A stretch of DNA of 24,637 bases from Promethearchaeota archaeon Loki_b32 (GTDB taxonomy: Archaea; Asgardarchaeota; Lokiarchaeia; Sigyniarchaeales; SOKP01). This document shows positions 8,985 through 16,807 of this stretch, one piece after another (position 1 is the stretch's first letter; every line of letters begins with the position of its first letter). The stretch is from the NCBI GenBank assembly GCA_005223125.1, contig NJBH01000046.1:1-24637 (forward strand). The letters are read 5' to 3'. The notes under the pieces are model-generated. The model ran no database searches. It worked only from the letters and a program-made list of their open reading frames with translations, and was not told the DNA's origin. The position numbers and the translations under genes are program-made.

Positions 8985-9131
8985 GGAAGGGAATTCACAG
9001 ATCAACTCCTGCAAACATTGGATCGATTATCTCAGTTCGAGAGCGTCCCAAAATTCGCCCTCTATTAAGCTCTAACGAGTTTAATTCTCTCCTTACTTAT
9101 AAAAATTTGGCGGGAGTTTCTTTTCCCTTCC
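8985..9131 (+). ncRNA. Candidate structured non-coding RNA of unknown family (strand tentative)
   Basis: Nested stems GGAAGGGAA(8985-93)/TTCCCTTCC(9123-31) and AACTCCTGC(9004-12)/GCGGGAGTT(9110-18); internal hairpin ATTAAGCTC-TAAC-GAGTTTAAT (9064-85); TTTATAT box at 8953-59; T-rich tract right after 9131. Confidence 0.5.
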
Positions 9132-9293
9132 TTTTCTTTATAAAATACTATGTAGTAATTCCATTATTAATTTTAATGATTTTGTATTACGAGTATCAGT
9201 ATTTACTCTTCTTAGAATTATCATATTTTTATGCAAAAGTTTTCGTGATAATCTTTTTAAAATAGGTATTATCTGTTAAGAAGTGAACTGATT

Positions 9294-9396
9294 TTATTTT
9301 AAAAGTTCTCTAATACTTATTTTTAATCCATCTTCAGCAGCAACAATATTTTTTATATTTGAACTTTCTTGAAATTTTCTTGAAATTTTTTGTCGA
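9294..9396 (-). repeat. Duplicated 3' end of the MBL-hydrolase gene (att-like direct repeat, copy 1)
   Basis: 9294-9377 matches 11831-11914 at 76/84 nt by manual alignment. AATTTTTTGTCGA is also shared (9384-9396 vs 11935-11947). Confidence 0.9.
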
Positions 9397-10379
9397 TTCT
9401 TAACAAACCAATCTAAGATTTTAATCGGATTCATATACTCGCGGTTATTGAAAAGTAATTCCTTCTCCTCATCTGTCATCTCGTCTATTAATTTGTCCAT
9501 TTCCTCTACTGCTCTATCATCCTCAGATAGTGCAAGGCTTTGGAGCTCTTGGTACCAGATAATCAGGATTATATGGATTCTTGTGATCCCATGTAAGTGT
9601 GTTACCTTTCATATCAAGCTTCCCTAATAATTCCGAAACGTCATGTTGATGTACATGCCTAGACCAAGCATCGGCACGTGATTGACTCCACTCTAATAAT
9701 GAAATCTCGTTTATGGGTGTAATAGGGGGTTTAGGTGGACCAGTATCAAGTAGTTGAACAGTAGCGAATATACGGGTAGATCCTTGTAAAAGCATAATAT
9801 AATTCTCCATTTGTCTTTCATAACTTTTTTGTTCTTCAGTAAGAGCACTACAACCCTCTTCAACTTTAGATTCCTCTATTTGGCTATATAATTTAGATAA
9901 TTCTTGATTATATATTTCAGAAGTTGGACTAGTAACTTGATCCTCCTTGACCTGATGTGCCATTAAAGTTCCTTTAAATATATTCTTTATTGATATAATT
10001 CCTTCAACCGAAGTACCAAACCCGACCATGATATTTCCAAGACTTGTTCCCGCAGAACCGAAGATTCCTCCCCCAACAGCGCCTAAAAGCAGCAGAATGG
10101 ATGATGCTACGGTTTCGACTATTTCTCCTGTCATACTTTCTTGTTGTATTTTCATATCCGCTTGCATTTGGTGAAGGTCAAATAACGAATTTTGATAAGT
10201 AGTGTGAAGATTTCCAGATACTTGAGTCTGTGAGGGCATAACAATTTGTCGGATGGTGGTTGTAGCTAAGTTTAGACCTGACTCACGCCCACTTTCTGCT
10301 AATAGTAGACAGTATTAATGTCTTTAACAAAGCTTCTTGTCATTGCTGTACTTGTCTGACCAAGTTCATTTTTAGACAT
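9397..10379 (-). pseudogene. Frameshifted gene of unknown function, covering ORFs 9523-10239 and 9294-9500 and an upstream piece from 10379
   Basis: Three overlapping open frames: MSKNELGQ...KDINTVYY* (10379-10299); the frame of 9523-10239, open from ~10314; and the frame of 9294-9500, open from ~9608 (..WYQELQSLALSEDDRAVEEMDKLID..). Contains a Gly-rich hydrophobic segment and ends fused to the duplicated MBL tail. Confidence 0.55.
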
Positions 10380-10452
10380 CGGTGTTAAAATTTAAATAAG
10401 CAATTTCCTTATAAAGTTATGAATCCAATAAATATATAAAAAAGGCAAAAAA

Positions 10453-11478
10453 ATGAAAAATAGAAAACTCTATTTGATGGTATTTATTTTTTTCTTGTAT
10501 TTTAGTTTCGTATCCCAAGGAACTCACACTTTCTCTAATGAACAAGATGATAAAGACAATAAGAATATTGTACCTCTTTTGTCTGCGAGTAATTCAGTTG
10601 CTTATGAGTGGAATCGCACATGGGGCGGAATTGATACTGATGGAGGCAGTGGAATAGCAGTGGATTCGTCAGACAATGTGTATCTTGCGGGATACACATA
10701 TAGTTTCGGGGTGGGAAGTTATGATATGGTTCTTGTGAAATATGACAGTTCTGGTGTGCAGCAATGGAATCGTACATGGGGCAGGAGTGATTGGGATATT
10801 GGCAGTGGAGTAGCAGTGGATTCGTCAGACAATGTGTATCTTGCGGGAAGCACATATAGTTTCGGGGCGGGAAATGAGGATATGGTTCTGGTAAAATATG
10901 ATAGTTCTGGTATGCAGCAATGGAATCGCACATGGGGCGGGAGTGATTATGATGGAGGCAGTGGAGTAGCAGTGGATTCGTCAGACAATGTGTATCTTGC
11001 GGGAACCACAGAAAGTTTCGGGGCGGGAAGTTATGATATGGTTCTTGTAAAATATGACAGTTCTGGTGTGCAGCAATGGAATCACACATGGGGCGGAAGT
11101 GATTGGGATTATGGCAGTGGAGTGGCAGTGGATTCGTCAGACAATGTGTATCTTGCGGGAACCACAGAAAGTTTCGGGGCGGGTGATTTTGATATGGTTC
11201 TGGTAAAATATGACAGTTCTGGTGTGCAGCAATGGAATCGCACATGGGGCGGAATTGATGCTGATGGAGGCTATGGAGTAGCAGTGGATTCGTCAGACAA
11301 TGTGTATCTTGCGGGATACACAGAAAGTTTCGGGGCGGGACATTCAGATATGGTTCTTGTGAAATATGGCGTAGAAAAAAGAGAAAAAGGACAAATAATC
11401 TCTGGTTATTACTTATTGCTATTTATCAGTATAATTAGTGTGATAACAGCAATATCCTTAAAGAAAAAATATAACTAA
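10453..11478 (+). CDS. Secreted, membrane-anchored SBBP-type beta-propeller repeat protein with Loki-CTERM-like sorting tail
   Basis: Signal peptide MKNRKLYLMVFIFFLYFSF; five 52-aa repeats WNRTWGG..D.G.GVAVDSSDNVYLAG.T.SFGAG..DMVLVKYDSSG; C-terminal ISGY + hydrophobic helix + KKK. Confidence 0.88.
   Translation: MKNRKLYLMVFIFFLYFSFVSQGTHTFSNEQDDKDNKNIVPLLSASNSVAYEWNRTWGGIDTDGGSGIAVDSSDNVYLAGYTYSFGVGSYDMVLVKYDSSGVQQWNRTWGRSDWDIGSGVAVDSSDNVYLAGSTYSFGAGNEDMVLVKYDSSGMQQWNRTWGGSDYDGGSGVAVDSSDNVYLAGTTESFGAGSYDMVLVKYDSSGVQQWNHTWGGSDWDYGSGVAVDSSDNVYLAGTTESFGAGDFDMVLVKYDSSGVQQWNRTWGGIDADGGYGVAVDSSDNVYLAGYTESFGAGHSDMVLVKYGVEKREKGQIISGYYLLLFISIISVITAISLKKKYN
10609..11367 (+). repeat. Intragenic tandem repeat, 156-bp unit, ~4.9 copies
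   Basis: Units start TGGAATC at 10609, 10765, 10921, 11077 and 11233. Confidence 0.95.
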
Positions 11479-11493
11479 CAATTTTTTTTTAAT

Positions 11494-11654
11494 TTAGGTA
11501 TCCGCCCCATGTTGTACCCAATCGATAGGTGATCCTGGAGGACAAGAACCCCATTGAAAATAGGCCATGGAGAGAGCACCGATTCCCGAGACTGCTATTA
11601 GAAGAACAATGGCTATGGGGTAATAATCATTTTTCCTAATAATTTCAAACCCAT
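11494..11654 (-). pseudogene. 5' remnant of a second secreted TWGG-repeat (SBBP-like) gene
   Basis: MGLKLLGKMIIT/(frameshift)/IAIVLLIAVSGIGALSMAYFQWG.. is signal-like. It is followed by ACATGGGGCGGA, the same 12-mer encoding TWGG in the neighbouring repeats, and then truncates. Confidence 0.45.
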
Positions 11655-11830
11655 TTTATGAATTAAATTTCTGCTCTATCAATCTCATTATAGAAATTGA
11701 CCAATTTATTTTTGGAATGGACGGAAAAATCATCTTCACTAATTTTATCAAGATTTTTAATACAAAGTTCAAATATAGAGGAATTTCTCTATTCAGTGGC
11801 CCAGAACTTCTCAAATTTAAGATTAATTGC

Positions 11831-11947
11831 TTACTTTAATAATTCTCTTATCTTAATTTTTAATCCATCTTCAGCAGCAACAATATTTTTTATATTGGAA
11901 CTTTCTTGAAATTTTTTTACTTGGCTAGGGACATAATTTTTTGTCGA
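11831..11947 (-). repeat. att-like direct repeat, copy 2 (functional 3' end of the MBL-hydrolase gene)
   Basis: Matches copy 1 at 9294-9396. Confidence 0.9.
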
Positions 11948-12637
11948 CCTAGGGCTATCCATATATGAACCAAAATGAGTAATAATAAGACTATTAAGAG
12001 GGGGGTCAATTTTGTTTAAAAATGGTATAACTTCGTCGGTGCATAGATGTCTTTTACATACTTTTGAATCAGGTCGTAAGAGATTAAGAACTAATATATT
12101 GACACCAGAAAACTCTTCAGAAAAACCATCATATACCATTGTATCACTTGTAAAAGCTAAAGAATAATCCTTAAGTTTAAATCTTATTCCAAATCCCTCG
12201 TTTTTAGGAGAATGAACAGTTTTAGTTCCAATGATTTCTACACCCTTATAATTATATGTATTTCCTGCCTTAAACCTCACAATATTTTCAAGCATATTAA
12301 TATGATAATCAAAAATATATTGAATCATACCATTTGTGGTAATTAGAGTACCTTTCTTATAGTAATTATAGTTTCTATCATGTAAAATTTCTCTTGAGCT
12401 TTCAATGATTGCACTTAAATCATTATAGTGATCAACATGAGTATGAGTTACTATAAAGAGTTCTGTTTTTAAGGGATCCTCTTGAAATTGGTTAATTCGT
12501 ACTATAGCACCAGGTCCGGGATCGATATGAGCCTGAATATCATTGAACTTATAAATAATTCCTCCTGTTGCTCTATATTGCGTTCTAATATGATGACGAC
12601 CCCCTCCAGAACCAAGAATAACTAACTCATCATTCAT
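11831..12637 (-). CDS. Metallo-beta-lactamase-fold hydrolase (archaeal PhnP-like)
   Basis: ILGSGGGR, TQYRATGG, IDPGPGA, THTHVDH (HxHxDH), FTSDT, RHL, ITHFG. Confidence 0.9.
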   Translation of the reverse strand: MNDELVILGSGGGRHHIRTQYRATGGIIYKFNDIQAHIDPGPGAIVRINQFQEDPLKTELFIVTHTHVDHYNDLSAIIESSREILHDRNYNYYKKGTLITTNGMIQYIFDYHINMLENIVRFKAGNTYNYKGVEIIGTKTVHSPKNEGFGIRFKLKDYSLAFTSDTMVYDGFSEEFSGVNILVLNLLRPDSKVCKRHLCTDEVIPFLNKIDPPLNSLIITHFGSYMDSPRSTKNYVPSQVKKFQESSNIKNIVAAEDGLKIKIRELLK

Positions 12638-12649
12638 AATATAACAAGT

Positions 12650-13198
12650 CTAATATCTACTTATGTTAACTAATTTTTTTGTTATCATTTCAAATACTTT
12701 TTCAACGTTATGACCTGTTTTGGCAGAAGTTTTAATGTATTCTATCATATTAAAAGTATTCTTTAAATTAAGAGCACTATCATCATCTACTGCAATTAAA
12801 TCATCTAGGTCTAGTTTTGTTCCGACAAGAATAATTGGTAAATTTATATCATGTAATCGAGTGATATTTACCCATTCTAATATATCTTTTATGGGGGGCA
12901 TTCGAGTTAAATCAAATAAAAGAAGTGCTCCCCGAGCTCCCATTACAAAATTTTCAAGGAGATATCTAAATCGTTCTTGACCTCCTAAATCCCATAATTG
13001 TAGTAAGCAGTGTGCATTATCAAAAGTAATCTCTTTAACAAAAAAATCAACTCCTACGGTCATAATTGAACTTTCATCAAACTTACCATCGACGTATCGT
13101 CTCAGCAACGACGTCTTTCCCACAGATGCATTTCCAGCTATTAAAATTTTAAAAATGTAGTTCTTCATGTTTGAATGGGTATATAATGAGTGATCCAC
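12650..13198 (-). CDS. Rab-like small GTPase (Ras superfamily); true start possibly 13168
   Basis: G1 GNASVGKTS, G2 TVGVDF, G3 WDLGGQERF, G4 GTKLD, G5 TSAK; no C-terminal Cys prenylation motif. Confidence 0.93.
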   Translation of the reverse strand: MDHSLYTHSNMKNYIFKILIAGNASVGKTSLLRRYVDGKFDESSIMTVGVDFFVKEITFDNAHCLLQLWDLGGQERFRYLLENFVMGARGALLLFDLTRMPPIKDILEWVNITRLHDINLPIILVGTKLDLDDLIAVDDDSALNLKNTFNMIEYIKTSAKTGHNVEKVFEMITKKLVNISRY

Positions 13199-13267
13199 AC
13201 ACTTATTTATTTAAATGTAAACCCCCTTATTTATTTTAATACGTAAAAATTAACATTAGTTCAAATT

Positions 13268-15526
13268 TTAACTACTTTGTAGATCTCGAATTAAAATTTC
13301 ATCAATTTCTTCAAAAAGTGGTTTTAATCTTTCACTTAATATACTTTGAATTTTAAATTTAGTGTAATTAGTTTTATTATTTTCTATATAAGCATTAATT
13401 GTGTCTACGGCTATTTCTTCACTCTTTTTTCCCAATTCAGCTAATTTTTGATGAGTAGAATTCTTGCTTTCAAACTTCGTAATTGGAAATTCTAGAGGAA
13501 GCTTAAAGATATGCCTTGAACTCTTTAATATTTTTATTTGTTTTGTCATTAGATTAGAATTTAGAATTGCGGACAAGTAATAAGCTTCTTCGAGATTATC
13601 GGTATCATAGAAACACAAATCTCCAGTAACCCGAAAGTCTCCTTGTACTACAGCAGCATTTAATATAGAACCTGAATTATTATAGACAATCTTAATTTTA
13701 GAAGTTTGTCTTAAATTAATTAATTTGGACCATCGATTTAAATTTTCCATCAATGTTTCATGCTTAGTTGTTATTTTTTTATTTCTCTTATAAACATCAT
13801 TAATTTTGTCATAAAAGAGTTTGGCGTAAGCCTCTAAATTGTTATAGTTAAAGCTCAAATCAGATTTATTAAGTGGTAAAAATACATTATAGTAATTATA
13901 TACATGAAACTTAACTAATTCAGTACTTTTGATAACATTAAATATATAATCACGCTCAACAATGTCATTCTCAAATTCCTTTTTATTCCAAGGAGCTTTA
14001 GCTCTTTTAAAAATCCTCATTTCTGGATTGATCATACATAAACCATCATTAAGATTTTTTACCTTAACAAATATGAGATTTCGCGGATTTAAATCTGCTC
14101 CTTTATGAAAAAGACTTTTATAATAGCTTTCTCTAATGGGTAATAAATTATTAACCATGTCTTTTGAGATAAGTTTCCTTGTATATAACCTACCACTTTT
14201 TTTTTCAATTAAATATGGTATTAAAGGAACTACTTTATCTAACTTTAATTGTATTGGTTTAAAGTAGTCCACAACCTCCAATTCATTCTTTAATGTGAAG
14301 TGGTATGATTTAATTTCTGTAATGGAGTTTTCTAAATTTCCTCTTGACTTTTGCCCAAATAAGCAAATAAAATCAATATTAAATACATTTTCAATTTTCT
14401 TATCGAATGTCCATATTTTAATATCTGAAAATCCTTTAAAATTACGGAATCTGGAAGTATGGGATCCTGTAATAACGCCTTTAGTTATTACAAAAAATAT
14501 TTTAGCGCCTTCTTTCATAAACGATTTTTGTGACTTGATAAAGAATAATGTTGAAATCTCTAAATTTAAGAGATTTTTAGGGAGGGGTTTTATTTCTAAT
14601 TCCTCCGCTAAGTTTTTAACTTTCTCTTGATATTCAACAGATTCTATATCGCGATAAGTATACCATGGGGGATTCCCAATTACTAAATCGAATTCCTTTT
14701 TATAATTATTATTAGTTTGAAATAAAGAATCAAATACATACAAATTGAATCTAATATCAGGAATTAAATCTTTTAATAAATATAATAAATTAACATTTGA
14801 TATGTAAATAGAAATTGGATTAATGTCATAACCAAAAATTCTATTTATTGCTTCAATTTTCCTTTCTTTTGATACATTCTGAGAAAGAATATATTTAACT
14901 GTTTCAGTCAAAAAATTTCCCGAACCACAACAAGGATCAAGCACTACCTCCCCAAAGGAGTATATGTCTTCAATCATCTGTTTTGCTAAAAATAATGGTG
15001 TATAATATTCACCAGATTTATGTCTTATAAGAGGAGATATAATCTTTTGAATTAAGTAGTCAAAATAATATTCTGGTTTAATATTAAGTTTAAAAATATA
15101 GTTAGAAACATTATAAACGAGATCATAGAAAAATGTTAAACTTTCTTTTTCAGAAAGAGAAAAAAATGGATTAAAGTATCTTATCCATAAAAGATTGAGG
15201 TTGCTATAATTTGATTTTAATTTTCCTTCGATTTCTCTTATATGATTTGAAGAAAATGTGTGATTTTTAAGTGAAATTTCATTTTTTAGAATAAACTTAG
15301 AAATGAAGACATAACCAATCGAGTAAATCAAAGCATGAACAATGTATAACTGCAAATTAACTTGTTTTTTACCATAAATCTTTTTAAAATCTCTCTGCCA
15401 TTCTTTAAACTCATTTTTATTATGAAAGCCTTGTTTTCTTAAAATAATCTCTAATTTTTTTAGATTTTCGCTTATTATATTGAAATCAAAATCATAATTC
15501 TCTTTTGGGTTCAAAAGCAATGCCAA
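13268..15526 (-). CDS. N6-adenine-type DNA methyltransferase (gamma-class, type IIG/Eco57I-like M + target-recognition region)
   Basis: GEYYTP, VLDPCCGSGNF, IFGYDINP, FDLVIGNPPW; C-terminal YYLSAILNS; TTG start. Confidence 0.85.
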   Translation of the reverse strand: MALLLNPKENYDFDFNIISENLKKLEIILRKQGFHNKNEFKEWQRDFKKIYGKKQVNLQLYIVHALIYSIGYVFISKFILKNEISLKNHTFSSNHIREIEGKLKSNYSNLNLLWIRYFNPFFSLSEKESLTFFYDLVYNVSNYIFKLNIKPEYYFDYLIQKIISPLIRHKSGEYYTPLFLAKQMIEDIYSFGEVVLDPCCGSGNFLTETVKYILSQNVSKERKIEAINRIFGYDINPISIYISNVNLLYLLKDLIPDIRFNLYVFDSLFQTNNNYKKEFDLVIGNPPWYTYRDIESVEYQEKVKNLAEELEIKPLPKNLLNLEISTLFFIKSQKSFMKEGAKIFFVITKGVITGSHTSRFRNFKGFSDIKIWTFDKKIENVFNIDFICLFGQKSRGNLENSITEIKSYHFTLKNELEVVDYFKPIQLKLDKVVPLIPYLIEKKSGRLYTRKLISKDMVNNLLPIRESYYKSLFHKGADLNPRNLIFVKVKNLNDGLCMINPEMRIFKRAKAPWNKKEFENDIVERDYIFNVIKSTELVKFHVYNYYNVFLPLNKSDLSFNYNNLEAYAKLFYDKINDVYKRNKKITTKHETLMENLNRWSKLINLRQTSKIKIVYNNSGSILNAAVVQGDFRVTGDLCFYDTDNLEEAYYLSAILNSNLMTKQIKILKSSRHIFKLPLEFPITKFESKNSTHQKLAELGKKSEEIAVDTINAYIENNKTNYTKFKIQSILSERLKPLFEEIDEILIRDLQSS

Positions 15527-15642
15527 AAATTCAAACTCCTTTTCCTTTAATGCCTATTATAATCAATGAATTAATACTTAAATATTAATTAAATATTTGT
15601 ATATTAATTATTAAACTACAAATTAAGAGAATAAATTTCGCC

Positions 15643-16236
15643 TTGACATCAACAGAGATAAAAATATCAAAGAATCTCGAAAATGGAATAGAATTCACAT
15701 GCCAGATGTGTGGAAACTGTTGCCGAGGATTCGATGAAGGCGAAGTTTACTTGTATAAAGAGGATATACTTCGATTAGCTAAGTTTCTTAATATTAAAGG
15801 AGCAAATGCGCTAAAGAATTTCGCCAAAAAATATGCTAAAATAATTAATGATAGCTTTTTTTGGAAGGAACCAGGAGCGCAAAGAGGAAAAACGTATCGT
15901 TTTAAAACTCTTGGATTCAGGTTTACTGGAAAAGATGAGCATTGTCATTTTCTAAAAGATAACATTTGTAGTGTCCATGAGGCTCGTCCTTTTCAATGTA
16001 GATCATTTCCTTTTTGGCAGATGATGGTTTCAAGTAGAAAAAACTTTGAAGGGTATACTAAAAAATGCAAAGGATTACAAGTTTTAAAAGGTAAATCTTA
16101 TACAAAAGAGGAAATATTAAATTGGGCAAAAAAAGAATATGAAATCGAAAAAAAATTCTTTCTAGAAATGAAACAGAATAAATTTAATATTTTAAAAGTA
16201 TATCCTTTCCTGTCGAAAGAAATGCTTGAAGAATAG
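15643..16236 (+). CDS. YkgJ family cysteine-cluster (CxxCxxCC, zinc/iron-chelating) protein
   Basis: FTCQMCGNCC, CHFL..NICSVHEARPFQCRSFPFW, CKG. Confidence 0.9.
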   Translation: MTSTEIKISKNLENGIEFTCQMCGNCCRGFDEGEVYLYKEDILRLAKFLNIKGANALKNFAKKYAKIINDSFFWKEPGAQRGKTYRFKTLGFRFTGKDEHCHFLKDNICSVHEARPFQCRSFPFWQMMVSSRKNFEGYTKKCKGLQVLKGKSYTKEEILNWAKKEYEIEKKFFLEMKQNKFNILKVYPFLSKEMLEE

Positions 16237-16269
16237 GGTAAGAAGATCATACCAGATGGATTAATAGTA

Positions 16270-16629
16270 ATGAAATTTGATGATCGCAGTGGCATAGATA
16301 TTAAAGCTAAATATCCAGAGGAAAAAGTGAAAATATCAAATAGAACCTTAATGCACATCTTTAATTTACATGAATTCAGTAAGCAACCTGGATTTGCAAG
16401 TCTCACCATAGAAAACATAAATTTTGTCACTTATTATTCTGGCTCTGAGACCGATTTTTTTTTCATTTTGATGTTAAACATTCTTGAAAATCCTGAAGAT
16501 TATGAAGCAATTTTGGAAGAGGTTGCACAAGTTATTTTAAATAAAATAGAGACCAACAAATATGTAGAATTGCTTCCATCACTCTATAAACGAATTTTAG
16601 ATCATCCAAAAGAAAATAAAAATATATAG
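16270..16629 (+). CDS. Longin/uDENN-like small protein (Asgard type); coding region probably begins ~16249
   Basis: (PDGLIV)MKFDDRSGIDIKAKYP resembles the hydrophobic-FD..G..I...YP start of uDENN/longin folds. The length and the strand-helix-strands-helix pattern fit. Confidence 0.6.
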   Translation: MKFDDRSGIDIKAKYPEEKVKISNRTLMHIFNLHEFSKQPGFASLTIENINFVTYYSGSETDFFFILMLNILENPEDYEAILEEVAQVILNKIETNKYVELLPSLYKRILDHPKENKNI

Positions 16630-16807
16630 AAGATCATAAATTCTCTCTTTTGAAGTTATTTTTTCAATAAAATACGTAAATTTAATTTAGAGTTTAATAA
16701 ATTTAAAAGAATTCTTGTTTCTAAAAATAATATTAATAGTTATTAAAATATCGACTTTATATTAAGTAAAGATTAATAAAGATATCTTATTAAAGAGTAG
16801 ATTAAAA

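Larger units (their letters stand above)
9294..11947. mobile_element. Small integrated island or remnant inserted in the 3' end of the MBL-hydrolase gene; no integrase present
   Basis: Bounded by the direct repeat of the gene's last 27 codons. Cargo is two decayed genes and one repeat surface protein. Confidence 0.6.

Noticed and set aside
9046-9055. Sm-site-like AATTTTGG on the minus strand of the candidate RNA
   Set aside because: A short motif expected by chance in AT-rich DNA, located in a hairpin loop on the less favoured strand.
10535-11245. Repetitive Cys/His-rich antisense ORFs (236 aa and 70 aa)
   Set aside because: Shadows of the 156-bp repeat; one stop-free unit propagates through all copies.
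10609-11367. Tandem repeats as a CRISPR array
   Set aside because: The units are contiguous in-frame coding repeats with no unique spacers, and no cas genes are present.
9294-11914. Duplicated segment as a DGR template/variable repeat pair
   Set aside because: Mismatches are mostly synonymous and not confined to adenines of one copy; no reverse transcriptase in the window.
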